Assembly (NCBI GenBank): GCA_963817895.1
Contig: CAWFQB010000001.1
Coordinates: 1,504,001-1,568,000 of the forward strand
Direction of reading: 5' to 3'
Origin: an uncultured Chthonomonadaceae bacterium
Lineage (GTDB): Bacteria; Armatimonadota; Chthonomonadetes; Chthonomonadales; Chthonomonadaceae
Length of the DNA stretch: 64,000 nucleotides
How positions within the stretch are numbered: the first letter of the stretch is position 1; each line of letters begins with the position of its first letter. The notes below the pieces were generated by a model. It searched no databases. It was not told the origin of the DNA and saw nothing but the letters and a program-made list of their open reading frames with translations. A program made the translations under genes and the position numbers. This document shows positions 21,821 to 32,554 of the stretch, one piece after another.

Positions 21821-23803
21821 ATGAAGGTTTCACATTCTCAAAATACGATTAATACTTCCTCTGAAATGCCGCGCAAACTTGTCGCTCAATTGTCAAAAGA
21901 GTTTTCAGAGAGTACATTACGCGCAGCCTTAATTTACTGTTGGGCAAACGCGAACGGAATCCCGCTAAATCATCTGGAACGGGGGCAGGCAACGGCGGAA
22001 TTCCTGCTTGATGCAGACCGGTTGGAAACGACAAGGGTGGTGACACGCTTGCAACCAAGCCTCAAAACGTTCCCCTTGAAGGCATTGGAAGCGGCTTTTG
22101 AGAGCCTGATGAACGCGGAACAGCGCAAATCGTATGGCGCGGTGTACACGCCCGATTTCATCATTGACAATCTGTTGGAACACGGATTGGCGCTCGGATG
22201 GCGCAATCATGCAAAACTGCCCACAATTTGCGATCCCTGCTGCGGCAGCGCGGGGTTTCTCATTCGCGCTGCGGAACAACTGCGGCGGCAGGGTATCGGG
22301 ATTGAAAAAGCGTTCGCGGAGTGTCTGGTCGGTTTTGATAAAGACGCCTGTATTCTGCGCAGCGCGAAATGCCTGATAGAACTGTATCTTGCTTCCAACG
22401 GCGTATCTTTGCCCGCCCCGGAACTGCGCCTGCATAGCGCGGATATTCTGCTGTCGGAAGCCGCCGCTATCTGGCAGCAGGCGAACGCGCCCAACGGCTT
22501 CAACCTGATCGCCACCAATCCGCCCTACGTGAAACTGCAAAATCTGGAAGCGGACTATCGGACTGAAATCGCCGAACGCTACGCCCGATTTGCGCGGGGC
22601 AGTTTCAGCCTGAGTCCGCTGTTTCTGGTTGCCGGTCACAAACTGCTTGCCGATGAGGGCTGCCTCGCCGTGATTACGCAGAACAATCTTTTTACCTCTT
22701 TATCAGGAATCGAAGTTCGCCGCTATTTACAACAACAGCAGTGTTTGCGCCGCATTGTCACCTTCGGTTCGCAGCAGATTTTCCACAACGCCAGCGCGTA
22801 TACGTGCCTGCTGTTTCTGGGCGCGGAGAAAGCGGAAACGTTCGAGTACGGTTCCGTGACCGAAACGGCAGACGCGAGTAGTCTTGAAAATGTGTCCTTC
22901 AATGTGATTCGCGCGGAGGAACTAAAGCCGGAAAAGTGGCGATTGGCCGACGAAACGCATCTGGCAAACCTCAAAAAAATAGAGTTGGCGGGCAGACCGT
23001 TGGGCGAGTTGACTAACATCCGAGTCGGCTTTGCAACCCTGAAAGACACGGTTTTTCAGGTCAGGCAGCAGGGCGGGGTTTGCGTTACCAATCCAATTGA
23101 TGGCGTGACTTATGAAATCGAATTGGGAATCACAGCCCCGATGGTAAAAATCGCGGAATTAAGCGGACGTGAGGATTTACGACTCAACCACCGGCGCGTG
23201 ATTTTCCCGTATAAGCGCGTGGGGGGGCAATACCGCCTGCTGTCGGAAGAGGAACTACACGCGCTGTTTCCAAAAGCGTATGCCTATCTGACGGCCTGCC
23301 GGGAACTTCTGAGCGGACGGGATAAGGGGAATAAAACGTATGAGGGCTGGTATGCGTGGGGCAGAACGCAGGGGATGGAAGCCCCCGGCCCGAAACTGCT
23401 GACCAAAACCTTCAGCAAGCGTCCCAATTTCATTCTCGACCAGAGCGACCAACTCTTCTGCAACGGCTACGCCATATTTCCGCGCAAGCCCCGTCCTGCA
23501 AACCCCGATTATCCGAGTTATCCAATGGAAGTTTACGAACGCCTGCTGAACAGCTGTTTGATGTATTATTACGCCCGCCTGACCAGTTTTGAGATTGCAG
23601 GCAACTTTCAGTGCTACCAGAAGAACTTCATTGAGCGTTTCGGCATTGTGGATATGCGTGCGGAACAGGTGACAGAATTGCTAAATCTGCCTCCCTGTGA
23701 CATAGACTCTTTTCTCGCTGGCCTCTACGCCCTTCCGCTGGAACAAATCAACAGTCAACTCTGCCCCGTAAATTGTGTTTCGTCTGTGAACTTGGGTGTA
23801 TAA
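21821..23803 (+). CDS. Gamma-class N6-adenine DNA methyltransferase, apparently orphan
   Basis: Motif X GAVYTP, motif I DPCCGSAGFL and motif IV ATNPPY, followed by a long C-terminal target-recognition region. Confidence 0.9.
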   Translation: MKVSHSQNTINTSSEMPRKLVAQLSKEFSESTLRAALIYCWANANGIPLNHLERGQATAEFLLDADRLETTRVVTRLQPSLKTFPLKALEAAFESLMNAEQRKSYGAVYTPDFIIDNLLEHGLALGWRNHAKLPTICDPCCGSAGFLIRAAEQLRRQGIGIEKAFAECLVGFDKDACILRSAKCLIELYLASNGVSLPAPELRLHSADILLSEAAAIWQQANAPNGFNLIATNPPYVKLQNLEADYRTEIAERYARFARGSFSLSPLFLVAGHKLLADEGCLAVITQNNLFTSLSGIEVRRYLQQQQCLRRIVTFGSQQIFHNASAYTCLLFLGAEKAETFEYGSVTETADASSLENVSFNVIRAEELKPEKWRLADETHLANLKKIELAGRPLGELTNIRVGFATLKDTVFQVRQQGGVCVTNPIDGVTYEIELGITAPMVKIAELSGREDLRLNHRRVIFPYKRVGGQYRLLSEEELHALFPKAYAYLTACRELLSGRDKGNKTYEGWYAWGRTQGMEAPGPKLLTKTFSKRPNFILDQSDQLFCNGYAIFPRKPRPANPDYPSYPMEVYERLLNSCLMYYYARLTSFEIAGNFQCYQKNFIERFGIVDMRAEQVTELLNLPPCDIDSFLAGLYALPLEQINSQLCPVNCVSSVNLGV

Positions 23804-23914
23804 TGTAGCAGGAGAAATATAAATGTATGGCATGAACAAAACAACGACTTTCGGCAGGTCGGCTTCCGACCTCAATATACCGGCGGAAAGGTTAGCCGAA
23901 GGGAGAGGCTACTT

Positions 23915-24160
23915 ATGTATCATGGTCAAGTGCCGCTTACTTCCGTTGCAATCAATCCAGAAACTGAAGACGCTGCGCTTCTAAATCTTCTGCATCAGGA
24001 GTTGAAAGACATCAATGAAAGCATGGTTCGCGCGAATACTGCCCTGCTTGAACTCGTCGAAGAGATGAAATCTTTGCGCGCGTCTCAGCAGCGAGATTCT
24101 ACTTCCATCAATCAACAAACTGCCGCCACTCAAACTTATGTCCAAAACTTCCTCCGATAA
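23915..24160 (+). CDS. Small hypothetical coiled-coil protein
   Basis: 81-aa ORF with an upstream GGGAGAGG; overlaps the next gene. Confidence 0.45.
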   Translation: MYHGQVPLTSVAINPETEDAALLNLLHQELKDINESMVRANTALLELVEEMKSLRASQQRDSTSINQQTAATQTYVQNFLR

Positions 24161-25100
24161 ACAACGTCGCGCTTTACCTGCCGAAATTGGGGTTGCGGTC
24201 GTTTGCCTTATCGTGTTCGTTTATTTCGGCAGTCAGTCGCCCGCGTTCCGGTCGCCGGAAAACATGCGGCTGCTTGCGAAACAGGCGGCGCAACTGGCGC
24301 TGGTCAGCACGGGCATGACGCTGGTGATCGCGACGGGCGGCATTGATATTTCCGTCGGGTCGCTGGTCGCGCTGTGTTCCATGACATTGGGGGCGTTGTG
24401 CGTTCGGTCGGGATGGCCGCTGTTCCCCTCCTGTGTGGCGGCGGTCAGCGTGGGGGGATTATGCGGGCTGTTCAACGGCCTGCTGATTGCCCGCGCCAAA
24501 CTGCCGCCGATTATCGTCACCCTTGCGACGCTGGCGGCTGCGCGGGCGGGGGCCGCCCTGTTCAACGCGGGCAGCAGCATTTCTCCCATTCCCCTCGCGC
24601 TCAATGACGTGTTCGACAAGACGCAGATTATGGGACTGCCGCTTCTGTTCTGGATCGGCGGTCTGTCGCTTGTTGCCGGACACCTGATTTTACGCGTGAC
24701 CACGTTCGGACGCCAACTGCTGGCATTGGGCGGCAACCGCCTGACCGCCCGCCTGTCCGGTATGCCCACTGTTCGGACGGAAACCCTTGTTTACGTGTTA
24801 AGCGGCGCCCTCGCGGGACTGGCGGCGGTAATCAACACGGCCCTGAAAGCGACCGCCACGCCGGACGCGGGCAAATATCTGGAACTCAACGCCATTACCG
24901 CCGTCGTGCTGGGCGGCACAGCTATCGCGGGCGGGCAGGCCACCATGCTGGGAACCGGATTAGGCGTTGTCACGATTGGCGCGTTGCTCAGTGGGGTTCG
25001 TTTGCTGAAGTTCGAGGATCAGGTGGCGTGGTTTCTCGTTGGCGGCGCCCTCCTTTTGGCCGTAGAAGTGCAGAAGTGGCGGCAGCAGAAGCGCAGTTAA
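24138..25100 (+). CDS. Sugar ABC transporter permease (RbsC family)
   Basis: GMTLVIATGGIDISVGS, LPPIIVTLA, FGRQLLALGGN, ELNAITAVVLGGT. Confidence 0.93.
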   Translation: MSKTSSDKQRRALPAEIGVAVVCLIVFVYFGSQSPAFRSPENMRLLAKQAAQLALVSTGMTLVIATGGIDISVGSLVALCSMTLGALCVRSGWPLFPSCVAAVSVGGLCGLFNGLLIARAKLPPIIVTLATLAAARAGAALFNAGSSISPIPLALNDVFDKTQIMGLPLLFWIGGLSLVAGHLILRVTTFGRQLLALGGNRLTARLSGMPTVRTETLVYVLSGALAGLAAVINTALKATATPDAGKYLELNAITAVVLGGTAIAGGQATMLGTGLGVVTIGALLSGVRLLKFEDQVAWFLVGGALLLAVEVQKWRQQKRS

Positions 25101-25115
25101 GAGTTATCAAAGGAC

Positions 25116-25149
25116 AAAACGCCGGGTGTTAAACACCCGGCGCTTTTTG
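25116..25149. terminator. Probable bidirectional intrinsic terminator
   Basis: AAAA-CGCCGGGTGTT/AACACCCGGCG-CTTTTT between convergent genes. Confidence 0.75.
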
Positions 25150-25172
25150 TGGCTTCGTATCGTCTGCCTGAT

Positions 25173-26447
25173 TTACGGCTGAACGAAGGCTTCACCCGGC
25201 AACAGGCGTACTCGAACCGTGACGAATGTGCTGCCGCTCGCGGGACGGGCAATGGCGTTGGATGGGGGCGGCAACACGGGAACTTGCCCTGCCACGTCGG
25301 TTGATTCCTGTATGGTCAGGGCATGTAGATCTTTACGCTGCGCGCCGATTTGTGGCAGGGGTGTGCCTATCTGACTCAAATGCGTTTGCAGGCTGTCGGC
25401 GACGCGGGCGGGAACGCGCATTTCCAGCAGGATTCCGGCGGGAAGCGAAGCGCCATTGGCGTTGACGACGGCAGGCGCGATGCCTTTTTCCGCCATCACG
25501 CGCATTCTCGCGCCTGATGTTTCCGCCCACTGCTGTAATTGCTGACGCGCTTCCGAAACGTTCGCGACGGCAAGCGCGATTTGCGGCGTTGCCAACGGCG
25601 CGATTGCGTTCGCGGGATTGGCATGTGGCTGCGCAGAGGGCGCATGTTTCGCGCTTGCAAGCCTCTGCTGATGCCGCGCGTTCAGCATTTTGCCGATGGC
25701 AAGGGACGCCCGACGCTCGGCCTCGCGGCTCGTTGGGTCGGTATACGCCTCATCCGAAGGAGCCGGAGAAGCGGCATCATTGCCGGATGCGTTCGCTGTT
25801 GTCTCTGGCGTTGCGCTTGTTTCCAATGCGGCGGGACGCGCCAATCCATTTCCCGGCGAACTTGCCGCGCCTGTATCTACCGTTTTTGCCTCGTCAAAAC
25901 TGTGTCTGGGCGCGGTGAATATTCTGACAACGCGCAACGGCCTGTCCGTTGTGGGCGCAAGGGGCGGTTTTGTCTCGTTTACTGCCATCGGAACTGTGTT
26001 TGTCAGCGTGGGCAAATTTGCGGTCGCGTTTGCCGGGGAATGCAGGCGCATTGCGAACGCCCCGCCCATCAGCAGCGCAATCGCGGCCAAACTTCCAAAA
26101 GCCAGCGTAGGACGAAGCGCGGGCGTATAGGAAGTTCGCGGTTTGAGGACGCTCTCCCTATTCGCCAACTGCAAGGGCGTCTCGGCGGGCAGGCAGGCGA
26201 GAATACGGGCGCGGAGTTCCGGGCGCGGCGATAAACCGGGGGCGTTTTCCCATTCGGCAAAATTCCCGTTCATCTGCTTCAGCCAGTTCGCTTCACTCCG
26301 GCACGACGCGCACCGCTGTAAATGCCACGCGGCCACGCGCTGCCGCCACAGCGGCATTTCGCCATCCACATACGCTTTGAGGTCGCCGCGCAGCCAGTGT
26401 CCCGGTTTTGGCGTCTGGTTCATGAGTGTTGTCTTTCTACGATTCAT
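25173..26447 (-). CDS. Anti-sigma factor (zf-HC2 type, single TM)
   Basis: LKAYVDGEM...HLQRCASC followed by a TM helix; lies downstream of an ECF sigma. Confidence 0.85.
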   Translation of the reverse strand: MNRRKTTLMNQTPKPGHWLRGDLKAYVDGEMPLWRQRVAAWHLQRCASCRSEANWLKQMNGNFAEWENAPGLSPRPELRARILACLPAETPLQLANRESVLKPRTSYTPALRPTLAFGSLAAIALLMGGAFAMRLHSPANATANLPTLTNTVPMAVNETKPPLAPTTDRPLRVVRIFTAPRHSFDEAKTVDTGAASSPGNGLARPAALETSATPETTANASGNDAASPAPSDEAYTDPTSREAERRASLAIGKMLNARHQQRLASAKHAPSAQPHANPANAIAPLATPQIALAVANVSEARQQLQQWAETSGARMRVMAEKGIAPAVVNANGASLPAGILLEMRVPARVADSLQTHLSQIGTPLPQIGAQRKDLHALTIQESTDVAGQVPVLPPPSNAIARPASGSTFVTVRVRLLPGEAFVQP

Positions 26448-26451
26448 TCTT

Positions 26452-27234
26452 TCACGCTTCGTTCACATAGCCGCCAAGCAGGTCGCGCAAACGCCGGAAG
26501 GCATTGGACAGACGGGATTTCACGGTTCCCACCGGCACATTCAGGGCTGAAGCCACTTCCTGATAGGTCAATCCCTGTAGCTCGTGCAGCACAATCACGT
26601 CCCGATGCTGGGGCGAAAGGTGCTGCAAAGCGGCTTCCACCCGCGCCGACAACTCCGATTTGCCTGCCGACAATTCCGGGTCTTCGCGCCAATCGTGGCT
26701 GGCAAGCGCGAGTTCCTCATTATAAGGGACGCTTTCCAGTTTGCGCTTGCGCCGAAACTCCAGACAGTGGTTCATGGCAACGCGATAAATCCATGTTCCC
26801 AACGCGGCCCCGCCCCGGAATTTGCCGATGCTCTTGTAAATGCCCAGAAAGATTTCCTGCGTCACGTCCTCGGCATCCGAAGCCGTTCCCGTAAACTGCA
26901 ACGCAAGGCGATAAATACGCGCTTCGTAAAGGTCGAGCAGTTGCGCGAACGCTTCCCGATTGCCCGCCTGCAACTGCCGGATAAACCACAGGTCTTCCGG
27001 CGTGGCCTTGTTGACGCCATGCTTGCCCGTCGGGGCAAGGCGCGGCAGTGGCGGCCCGCCCGCGAATTCCGGCGATGGCGCGGCAGTTCTCTCGTTTATC
27101 TGCGCGGTTTCAAGGCAAGTCGCCATGCGGTCCCGGTGTTCGCGTTCCGCCGCCACGAGAGGAATTTGTCCACCCGTCGGCTGCAAACGCGCTTTCTTGC
27201 TGCGCCATTCAGAAATCGGTTCGTCAAATAACAT
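26452..27234 (-). CDS. ECF RNA polymerase sigma factor
   Basis: DAEDVTQEIF, TWIYRVAMN, GLTYQEVA, GTVKSRLSNA. Confidence 0.95.
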   Translation of the reverse strand: MLFDEPISEWRSKKARLQPTGGQIPLVAAEREHRDRMATCLETAQINERTAAPSPEFAGGPPLPRLAPTGKHGVNKATPEDLWFIRQLQAGNREAFAQLLDLYEARIYRLALQFTGTASDAEDVTQEIFLGIYKSIGKFRGGAALGTWIYRVAMNHCLEFRRKRKLESVPYNEELALASHDWREDPELSAGKSELSARVEAALQHLSPQHRDVIVLHELQGLTYQEVASALNVPVGTVKSRLSNAFRRLRDLLGGYVNEA

Positions 27235-27378
27235 TACTGTCCTGTACGTTCCGAAACCGGGCTGCTGTTTCCATGTTTCAGAGCGTCAATAGATTAGTTG
27301 CATACAAAGGGGAAATGGTTCAAAAACACAAACTATCCGTAAACCGTTTGCGTACCAAAGCACAGGAGGATGTCTGCC

Positions 27379-27891
27379 ATGCGAAAAAGTTCCTGGGTGG
27401 TTCTGGCGGTTTGCGCCGCGCTGTCGTTCGTTCTGGGATTTGCGTATCTGCTGTCGCGGACATCCGACGACACGCTGACGCAAGCGCAGGCGAATCAACT
27501 GGTTGGCCGTATGCAGGCGGCGGTAGCCCAAAAAGATGTCAACGCCATCATGGGCGTTATCGACCCCGACCCCGCAACCAAAGTGGCCGGCGTCAACCAG
27601 GATCAACTGCGCTTCATGCTGGCCCGCGCCCTGCGCGCGATGGATCATCCGCGCGCCGAAGTCAACAACATGGCGCTTGCGGGCGGAAGCAAGGGCGACG
27701 CCACCATTGACTTCGACCTTGCCGTGAAAACCGCCGGCCCCGATTACATGTCTATGCCCTATCAGGGCCATATTACCCTGCATTTGAAGCGCGTAGATGT
27801 GCCGCATCTGCTTGGCGTGTACCACACCAACGAATGGCGCATCGTCAGCGGCTCCACAACCGGCCCCCAGCCTGCGGAGATGGGGGAGTAG
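27379..27891 (+). CDS. Hypothetical membrane-anchored protein
   Basis: GGAGG RBS and an N-terminal TM helix. Confidence 0.65.
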   Translation: MRKSSWVVLAVCAALSFVLGFAYLLSRTSDDTLTQAQANQLVGRMQAAVAQKDVNAIMGVIDPDPATKVAGVNQDQLRFMLARALRAMDHPRAEVNNMALAGGSKGDATIDFDLAVKTAGPDYMSMPYQGHITLHLKRVDVPHLLGVYHTNEWRIVSGSTTGPQPAEMGE

Positions 27892-28026
27892 GGGAGTAGG
27901 TTGTTAGTTGTTAGGTTTTTAGGTTGTTAGTTGCGGCTATGGAAGGTAGGTATTGCAAATTTCTGAGTGAACATCAGGAACCTAACAACCTAACAACTAA
28001 CAACCTGCATTTAGAAAGACGTACCG

Positions 28027-29642
28027 ATGTTCCTGTTTCGTTCTGTTGGGCGCGCGGCAACCGCAGCGCGCCTTTTAATAGCGGTTCTGGCGTTGGGGAT
28101 TGCCGGACTGGGGGCGCAGAAGTCTGATACCCCTGCCATTGAGAACGGGGAGCGGCTGTTCGCGGCGGCAAAGTTCGGCGACGCGCGGGACGTTTATACG
28201 CGCGCCTGAAGCAGATGCCGGACGACGTTGCCCTGCGGAATGGCCTGATTCAAACCTTGATGCGGCTGGATAGCTGGCAGCAGGCGCTGACGCAGGCGCA
28301 GGCAATGGTTCGCGACGCGCCCCAAAACGCGGACGCGCATGGCCTGCTCGCCCTGTCCCTGCTGCGGGCGGGGCAGCCCGTCGGCGCGGAGCGGGAAACG
28401 GTTCGCGCGCTGGAACTGGACCCGAAGAACTACTGGGGACTGGTTGCCGGGGGACGCCTGCGCCTGTGGAACGGGCAAAAGGCGCAGGCGCATGATATGC
28501 TCCGACAGGCCGCTCTGCTTCGCCCGCAAACGCCGGATGCGTGGTTTTATCTGGTAGATTCGTTTGAGGACGATGTTACCGAGGAGTTGCTTCACGACAT
28601 AGATGCCTATGCCGCGCTGAAGCCCAAAGGCCACCCCCACGATCTGGCAATGGAGTCCCTGCCCCCCCTGCGAACCTACCTGAACTATTTCAGCAACGAC
28701 TCGCCGTACCATGCCGACAAACCCGTTTCCGAAGATCAGTTAAAACAGGCGGATGCCGGAAACGCGCCGCCCGTTACCTTCAGCGCGTCCTTTGAGCGGG
28801 GCGGCAATTATGTTGTGCTGCCGGTAGTCATTAACAATCAGCCCATGCGGGTATTGTTCGATACGGGCGGCGGGTTCAGCATCGCCTTCAACAAAAAAGC
28901 CGCCGCGAAACTGAATTTGAAGCCGCTCGGCCAATCATTCGTGCGCGGCGTCAGCGGCAAGGAAGCGTCCACGCAGGCCAAAGCCGACACGATGACCGTA
29001 GGCAATGAGACGTTTCGCGCCATTCCCATTGACGCGCTGACCGGAGATGTGGGCGAAGAGGACGGCGTGTTCGGCGTCGGCAACTTCGACCACTATGCTG
29101 TGACTGTTGATTTCAGCGCAAAAAAACTGACTCTTGCGCGCGGCAAAACCGCTTTCGCTCCCGGCCCGGAACCGGGACGGCGCGTAGTCGTGTTGCCGTT
29201 TCACGATTTAGGCGGCGACATCATTATCCCGATTACCGTGGAGGGCCGGGACGTGTGGGCATTAGTGGATACGGGCGCGGACGCGGAAGTGATTTTATCG
29301 CTCGAACTGGCGCGGGAAGTGGCGGGCAAGCGCAAGCGCAAATCGTGGCTGAACCAATCCGTAAAAGACCGGCTTGGATTGGGCAATACCATCAAAAAAC
29401 AGAACCTACTCGTGTTCCGCGATCCCGTTGATGTTCGGGTTGGTGATCTGGACGGCAAACCGTTCGTGTCGCATATTCAGCCCGCGTTCGGCGCGGACCT
29501 GATAGACACGCAGGTCAACCCCGCTTCGATGTTTCAGGTGAGCGCGATTGTGGGCATCAATTTCATGAACAAAGCCGCCCGTGTCACCTTCGATTATCCC
29601 CATCACCTGCTCACGCTGGAATACCCGCCGGTGAAAAAGTGA
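28027..29642 (+). CDS. Secreted TPR protein with tandem retropepsin-like aspartyl protease domains (frameshift near 28205)
   Basis: Signal peptide, TPR helices and two catalytic-type motifs, LFDTGG and LVDTGA. Confidence 0.82.
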
Positions 29643-29773
29643 ACCGTATGACTGTTGCGTCCCTGACAAGGACAATCGCCGCGATTTTCAAGTCCATTTC
29701 CAATACTTTAGATGCGTTCGCCCTGCGGAACAGTGTTCGCCGCTTGACAGGGGTGTTATAATGGGTAAACAGT

Positions 29774-31063
29774 ATGCAGCCCGAACATTCCTGTGAGCAA
29801 CGAACCATGCCTGACAACAACAAATCAGCCGACTCAACACCGGACACGCGTACCGGAAACAGGGCAGAGAACCAACCCCAGGACAAACCGGCTTGCGCGG
29901 CGGAAAGCAAGAGATCAAAGTGGTTTCTGTTTAGCGGAGCGGGCAAAGCGACTGAAGCGGAAAAACGTCTACAGCGTTTGGAAGAGTTGCGGCGCGACCT
30001 GTATGGCGAAAACAGCGCGTTGGGCGAGTATGCCGTCAACACGCTGTTTACCATGCTGTGGATAGAAACCGCGAGTGAGCGTCTTGCCGTCGCCTGCGCC
30101 CTGAGCGACTCGCTTCCCCTGCCCGACAAAGGGGATGCGTCTCCGTTCGCGGCCCGTTTGTGCTATCGGGTTCAGGCTCCCGCCGCCGACCCATTAGCCG
30201 TTCCCCCGCTTTCGCCCCTGCTGCCGCCGAAGGGCGCGAAACTGCGGGAGTGGGCCGAACAGACGCTGCTGGCGATTTTTACGGACGCGCTGAACACAAT
30301 CAAACTGATGTTACGGCAAACACCGCCTGCCGCCGCCAACGCGCTGTATGTCGAAACCGATGTTTGCCATGCCGCGCTGCGTTTAGCGCCGCGCTTGAAA
30401 TCGCCCGCTCTCGTAGAAGCGACCCTGCGGCTGCTGCGGATGTTTCCTCCCGATCTCGCGCGTGAAACCGGCCCCTTCGGACGCCAAACGCCGGAACTGC
30501 GCTCCCTCGCGTCCCTCTACCTCGCCGCGCTGTCCCCTGATGATCTGTATCCGTTATGGGTGGGGCTGAACGGCTCTGACGCAAACCTGCGCCAGAGCCT
30601 GCTGCCCGTTCTGGACTATCTCAATGACCCTCGCGTGGTCTCCTATTTAATTAAAATGCTGGAGCGGCACAGCCAGTGGGCGGATGGCGACCTGGCGGCG
30701 TGGGCTGCGGTTCGCGCCCTGCAGCGATTGCGGGACCGCCGCGCCCTGCCGGTTCTGCGCCGCCTGGTCGCCATGTCAGAACGCGCCGCTGCCACTGCCT
30801 CGCCAACGCGCGCCACCTCCGCCCTCAATCCCGCGCTCATTCAGGCCGCCCGCCGCGCCATTGAATCCATCGAGCATCAGCGCCAGCCCAAAGAACACTC
30901 GTTTCTGCTGCGCCCCTCCCAACCCGATACCACGCGCCTGCTGCGCCCCGCCGAATCAATCCCCGACAGCGACGCGAACCACGCGGAACTGCTACGCTCG
31001 GACGGGGAAGAAGAGGAGAAAAGGAGAAGAGGAGAAGAGGAGACAGGAAAACAGGGAAATTGA
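29774..31063 (+). CDS. HEAT-repeat protein
   Basis: LDYLNDPRVVSYLIKML, AAVRALQRLRDRRALPVLRRL; C-terminal LLRPS/LLRPA/LLRS repeats. Confidence 0.7.
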   Translation: MQPEHSCEQRTMPDNNKSADSTPDTRTGNRAENQPQDKPACAAESKRSKWFLFSGAGKATEAEKRLQRLEELRRDLYGENSALGEYAVNTLFTMLWIETASERLAVACALSDSLPLPDKGDASPFAARLCYRVQAPAADPLAVPPLSPLLPPKGAKLREWAEQTLLAIFTDALNTIKLMLRQTPPAAANALYVETDVCHAALRLAPRLKSPALVEATLRLLRMFPPDLARETGPFGRQTPELRSLASLYLAALSPDDLYPLWVGLNGSDANLRQSLLPVLDYLNDPRVVSYLIKMLERHSQWADGDLAAWAAVRALQRLRDRRALPVLRRLVAMSERAAATASPTRATSALNPALIQAARRAIESIEHQRQPKEHSFLLRPSQPDTTRLLRPAESIPDSDANHAELLRSDGEEEEKRRRGEEETGKQGN

Positions 31064-31138
31064 ACAGCAAAGATGCGAAAACGCTTGCAGTTCTTTTTCT
31101 CCTTTTCTCCTTTTCTCCTTATTCTCCTCTTCTTCCCA

Positions 31139-32554
31139 TTACGCCGCTTTGAGCAGGGGCAGGCCCTCGCGTTCGCCGTTTGCTTCCGCGCAGGCGAGGC
31201 GGGAAAGCGGTTCGGACTGGCGGAAGTCGCGGGGAAAGACCGCGCTGCCGACGCCGAATCTCACAAGTGGTTTTAAGCCCTGCCAGCCCTTTTCCGACAG
31301 CCAACTGCCCAGGTTCTGCTCGATGCGGCGCGTGACGACATCCACGCTTTCCCCGGTAAACGGCAGAATGCAAGCGAATGTCTGCTCGTCGTAGCGGGTG
31401 AGTATGTCCACGCGGCGCATGCTGCGGCGCAGAATGTCCGAGGTTCCCGTCAGCGCCTCATCCCGCTTCAGCGTTCCCTGCGTTCGCGCCAGATTTGCCA
31501 GCCCCTCCAGACGGACGAAGATGACCGACATATCCGTACCCGTGCGACTGGCGCGGCTCACCTCCTCCTGCAAACGGTTGTCGTAGTAGCGGCGATTGTA
31601 CAGGCGCGTCAGATCATCCACAATCGGCGTCTGGTCTATCTGCGCCTGCTGCGTCTCCAATCGCTGCCGCATGTGCGTCAAGTGTAGTTGTGAAGTCCGC
31701 AGTTCGTCCGTATTCAGGATGTTCTTTAGTTTTTTGGTCGCGTTGCGCAGGATATGCGATACATAATTGCAGGAAATGCCCATTTGCCGGGCGATTTCGG
31801 TCTGGTTCAGGTCCTTGAAATAAAAGGCGAACAGGACGTGCTGTTCCAGTTCCTTTAGTTTGAGCATCGCGGTTTCCAGCACGATGCGATCTTCCACCGG
31901 CAACTGGAAACTGGTGGAGGGGTCGCTGCGCTGTTTGCGGTCTATGTCAACCGTGTTGCCGCTGTCCTCCTCGCTGTCCGTGCCGCCGTCAATGCTCGAT
32001 ACCTTGAACACTTCGCGCGTCATCATGAGGTCCGTGACCGCCTCTTCAGTCATGTCCATCATGCGTGCGATTTCAAGATTGGTGGGCGGGCGGCTCAACT
32101 GTTGGCCGAGCGCGGCTATGGCGCGCGTCATGCGCTGGTTCAGTTCCTGCAACCAGGCAGGCTCCTTGATGATTTTGCCCCGGTCGCGCAGGCAGTGCTT
32201 GATCTGTCCAATGATAAAGTGCGTTGCGTATGTGGAGAACTTGACTTTTTTCGCCGGGTCGTACAGGTCTATGGCTGTCAGCAGGCCGATGTAGCCCTCC
32301 TGCGCCAGATCCTCCACGGGTTCGGAAGCCCCGGCAAATCGCCGCGCGATGCTTTCCACCAGATTGGCGTACTGCGCGACAAGCCGTTCTCTCGCTTTCG
32401 GGTCGTGTTTTTGGCGATATGTCAGCAACAACGCCGCCGTATTCTCCTCCTGACGTTTGCGCGTCATGGCAATATCAGGGGTCGTCATGTCCCGTGTCTG
32501 AAATTGATTTGCTATCGGCATTGCTCCCTGTTGGACGCGCGCCTTCGTTCCCAT
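31139..32554 (-). CDS. SigB/SigF-like sigma-70 factor fused to a degenerate GGDEF domain
   Basis: Region 2 EDLAQEGYIGLLTAIDLYD...FSTYA and region 4 LNQTEIARQMGISCNYVS, then DDLTRLYNRR and RRVDILTRYDEQTF. Confidence 0.88.
   Translation of the reverse strand: MGTKARVQQGAMPIANQFQTRDMTTPDIAMTRKRQEENTAALLLTYRQKHDPKARERLVAQYANLVESIARRFAGASEPVEDLAQEGYIGLLTAIDLYDPAKKVKFSTYATHFIIGQIKHCLRDRGKIIKEPAWLQELNQRMTRAIAALGQQLSRPPTNLEIARMMDMTEEAVTDLMMTREVFKVSSIDGGTDSEEDSGNTVDIDRKQRSDPSTSFQLPVEDRIVLETAMLKLKELEQHVLFAFYFKDLNQTEIARQMGISCNYVSHILRNATKKLKNILNTDELRTSQLHLTHMRQRLETQQAQIDQTPIVDDLTRLYNRRYYDNRLQEEVSRASRTGTDMSVIFVRLEGLANLARTQGTLKRDEALTGTSDILRRSMRRVDILTRYDEQTFACILPFTGESVDVVTRRIEQNLGSWLSEKGWQGLKPLVRFGVGSAVFPRDFRQSEPLSRLACAEANGEREGLPLLKAA

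Noticed and set aside
21821..24160. A complete restriction-modification system
   Set aside because: No adjacent ORF has recognisable nuclease motifs or a suitable size.
29744..29762. TTGACA and TATAAT upstream of the HEAT-repeat gene
   Set aside because: They are only 7 bp apart, so they are not a canonical pair. At most this is an extended -10 element.
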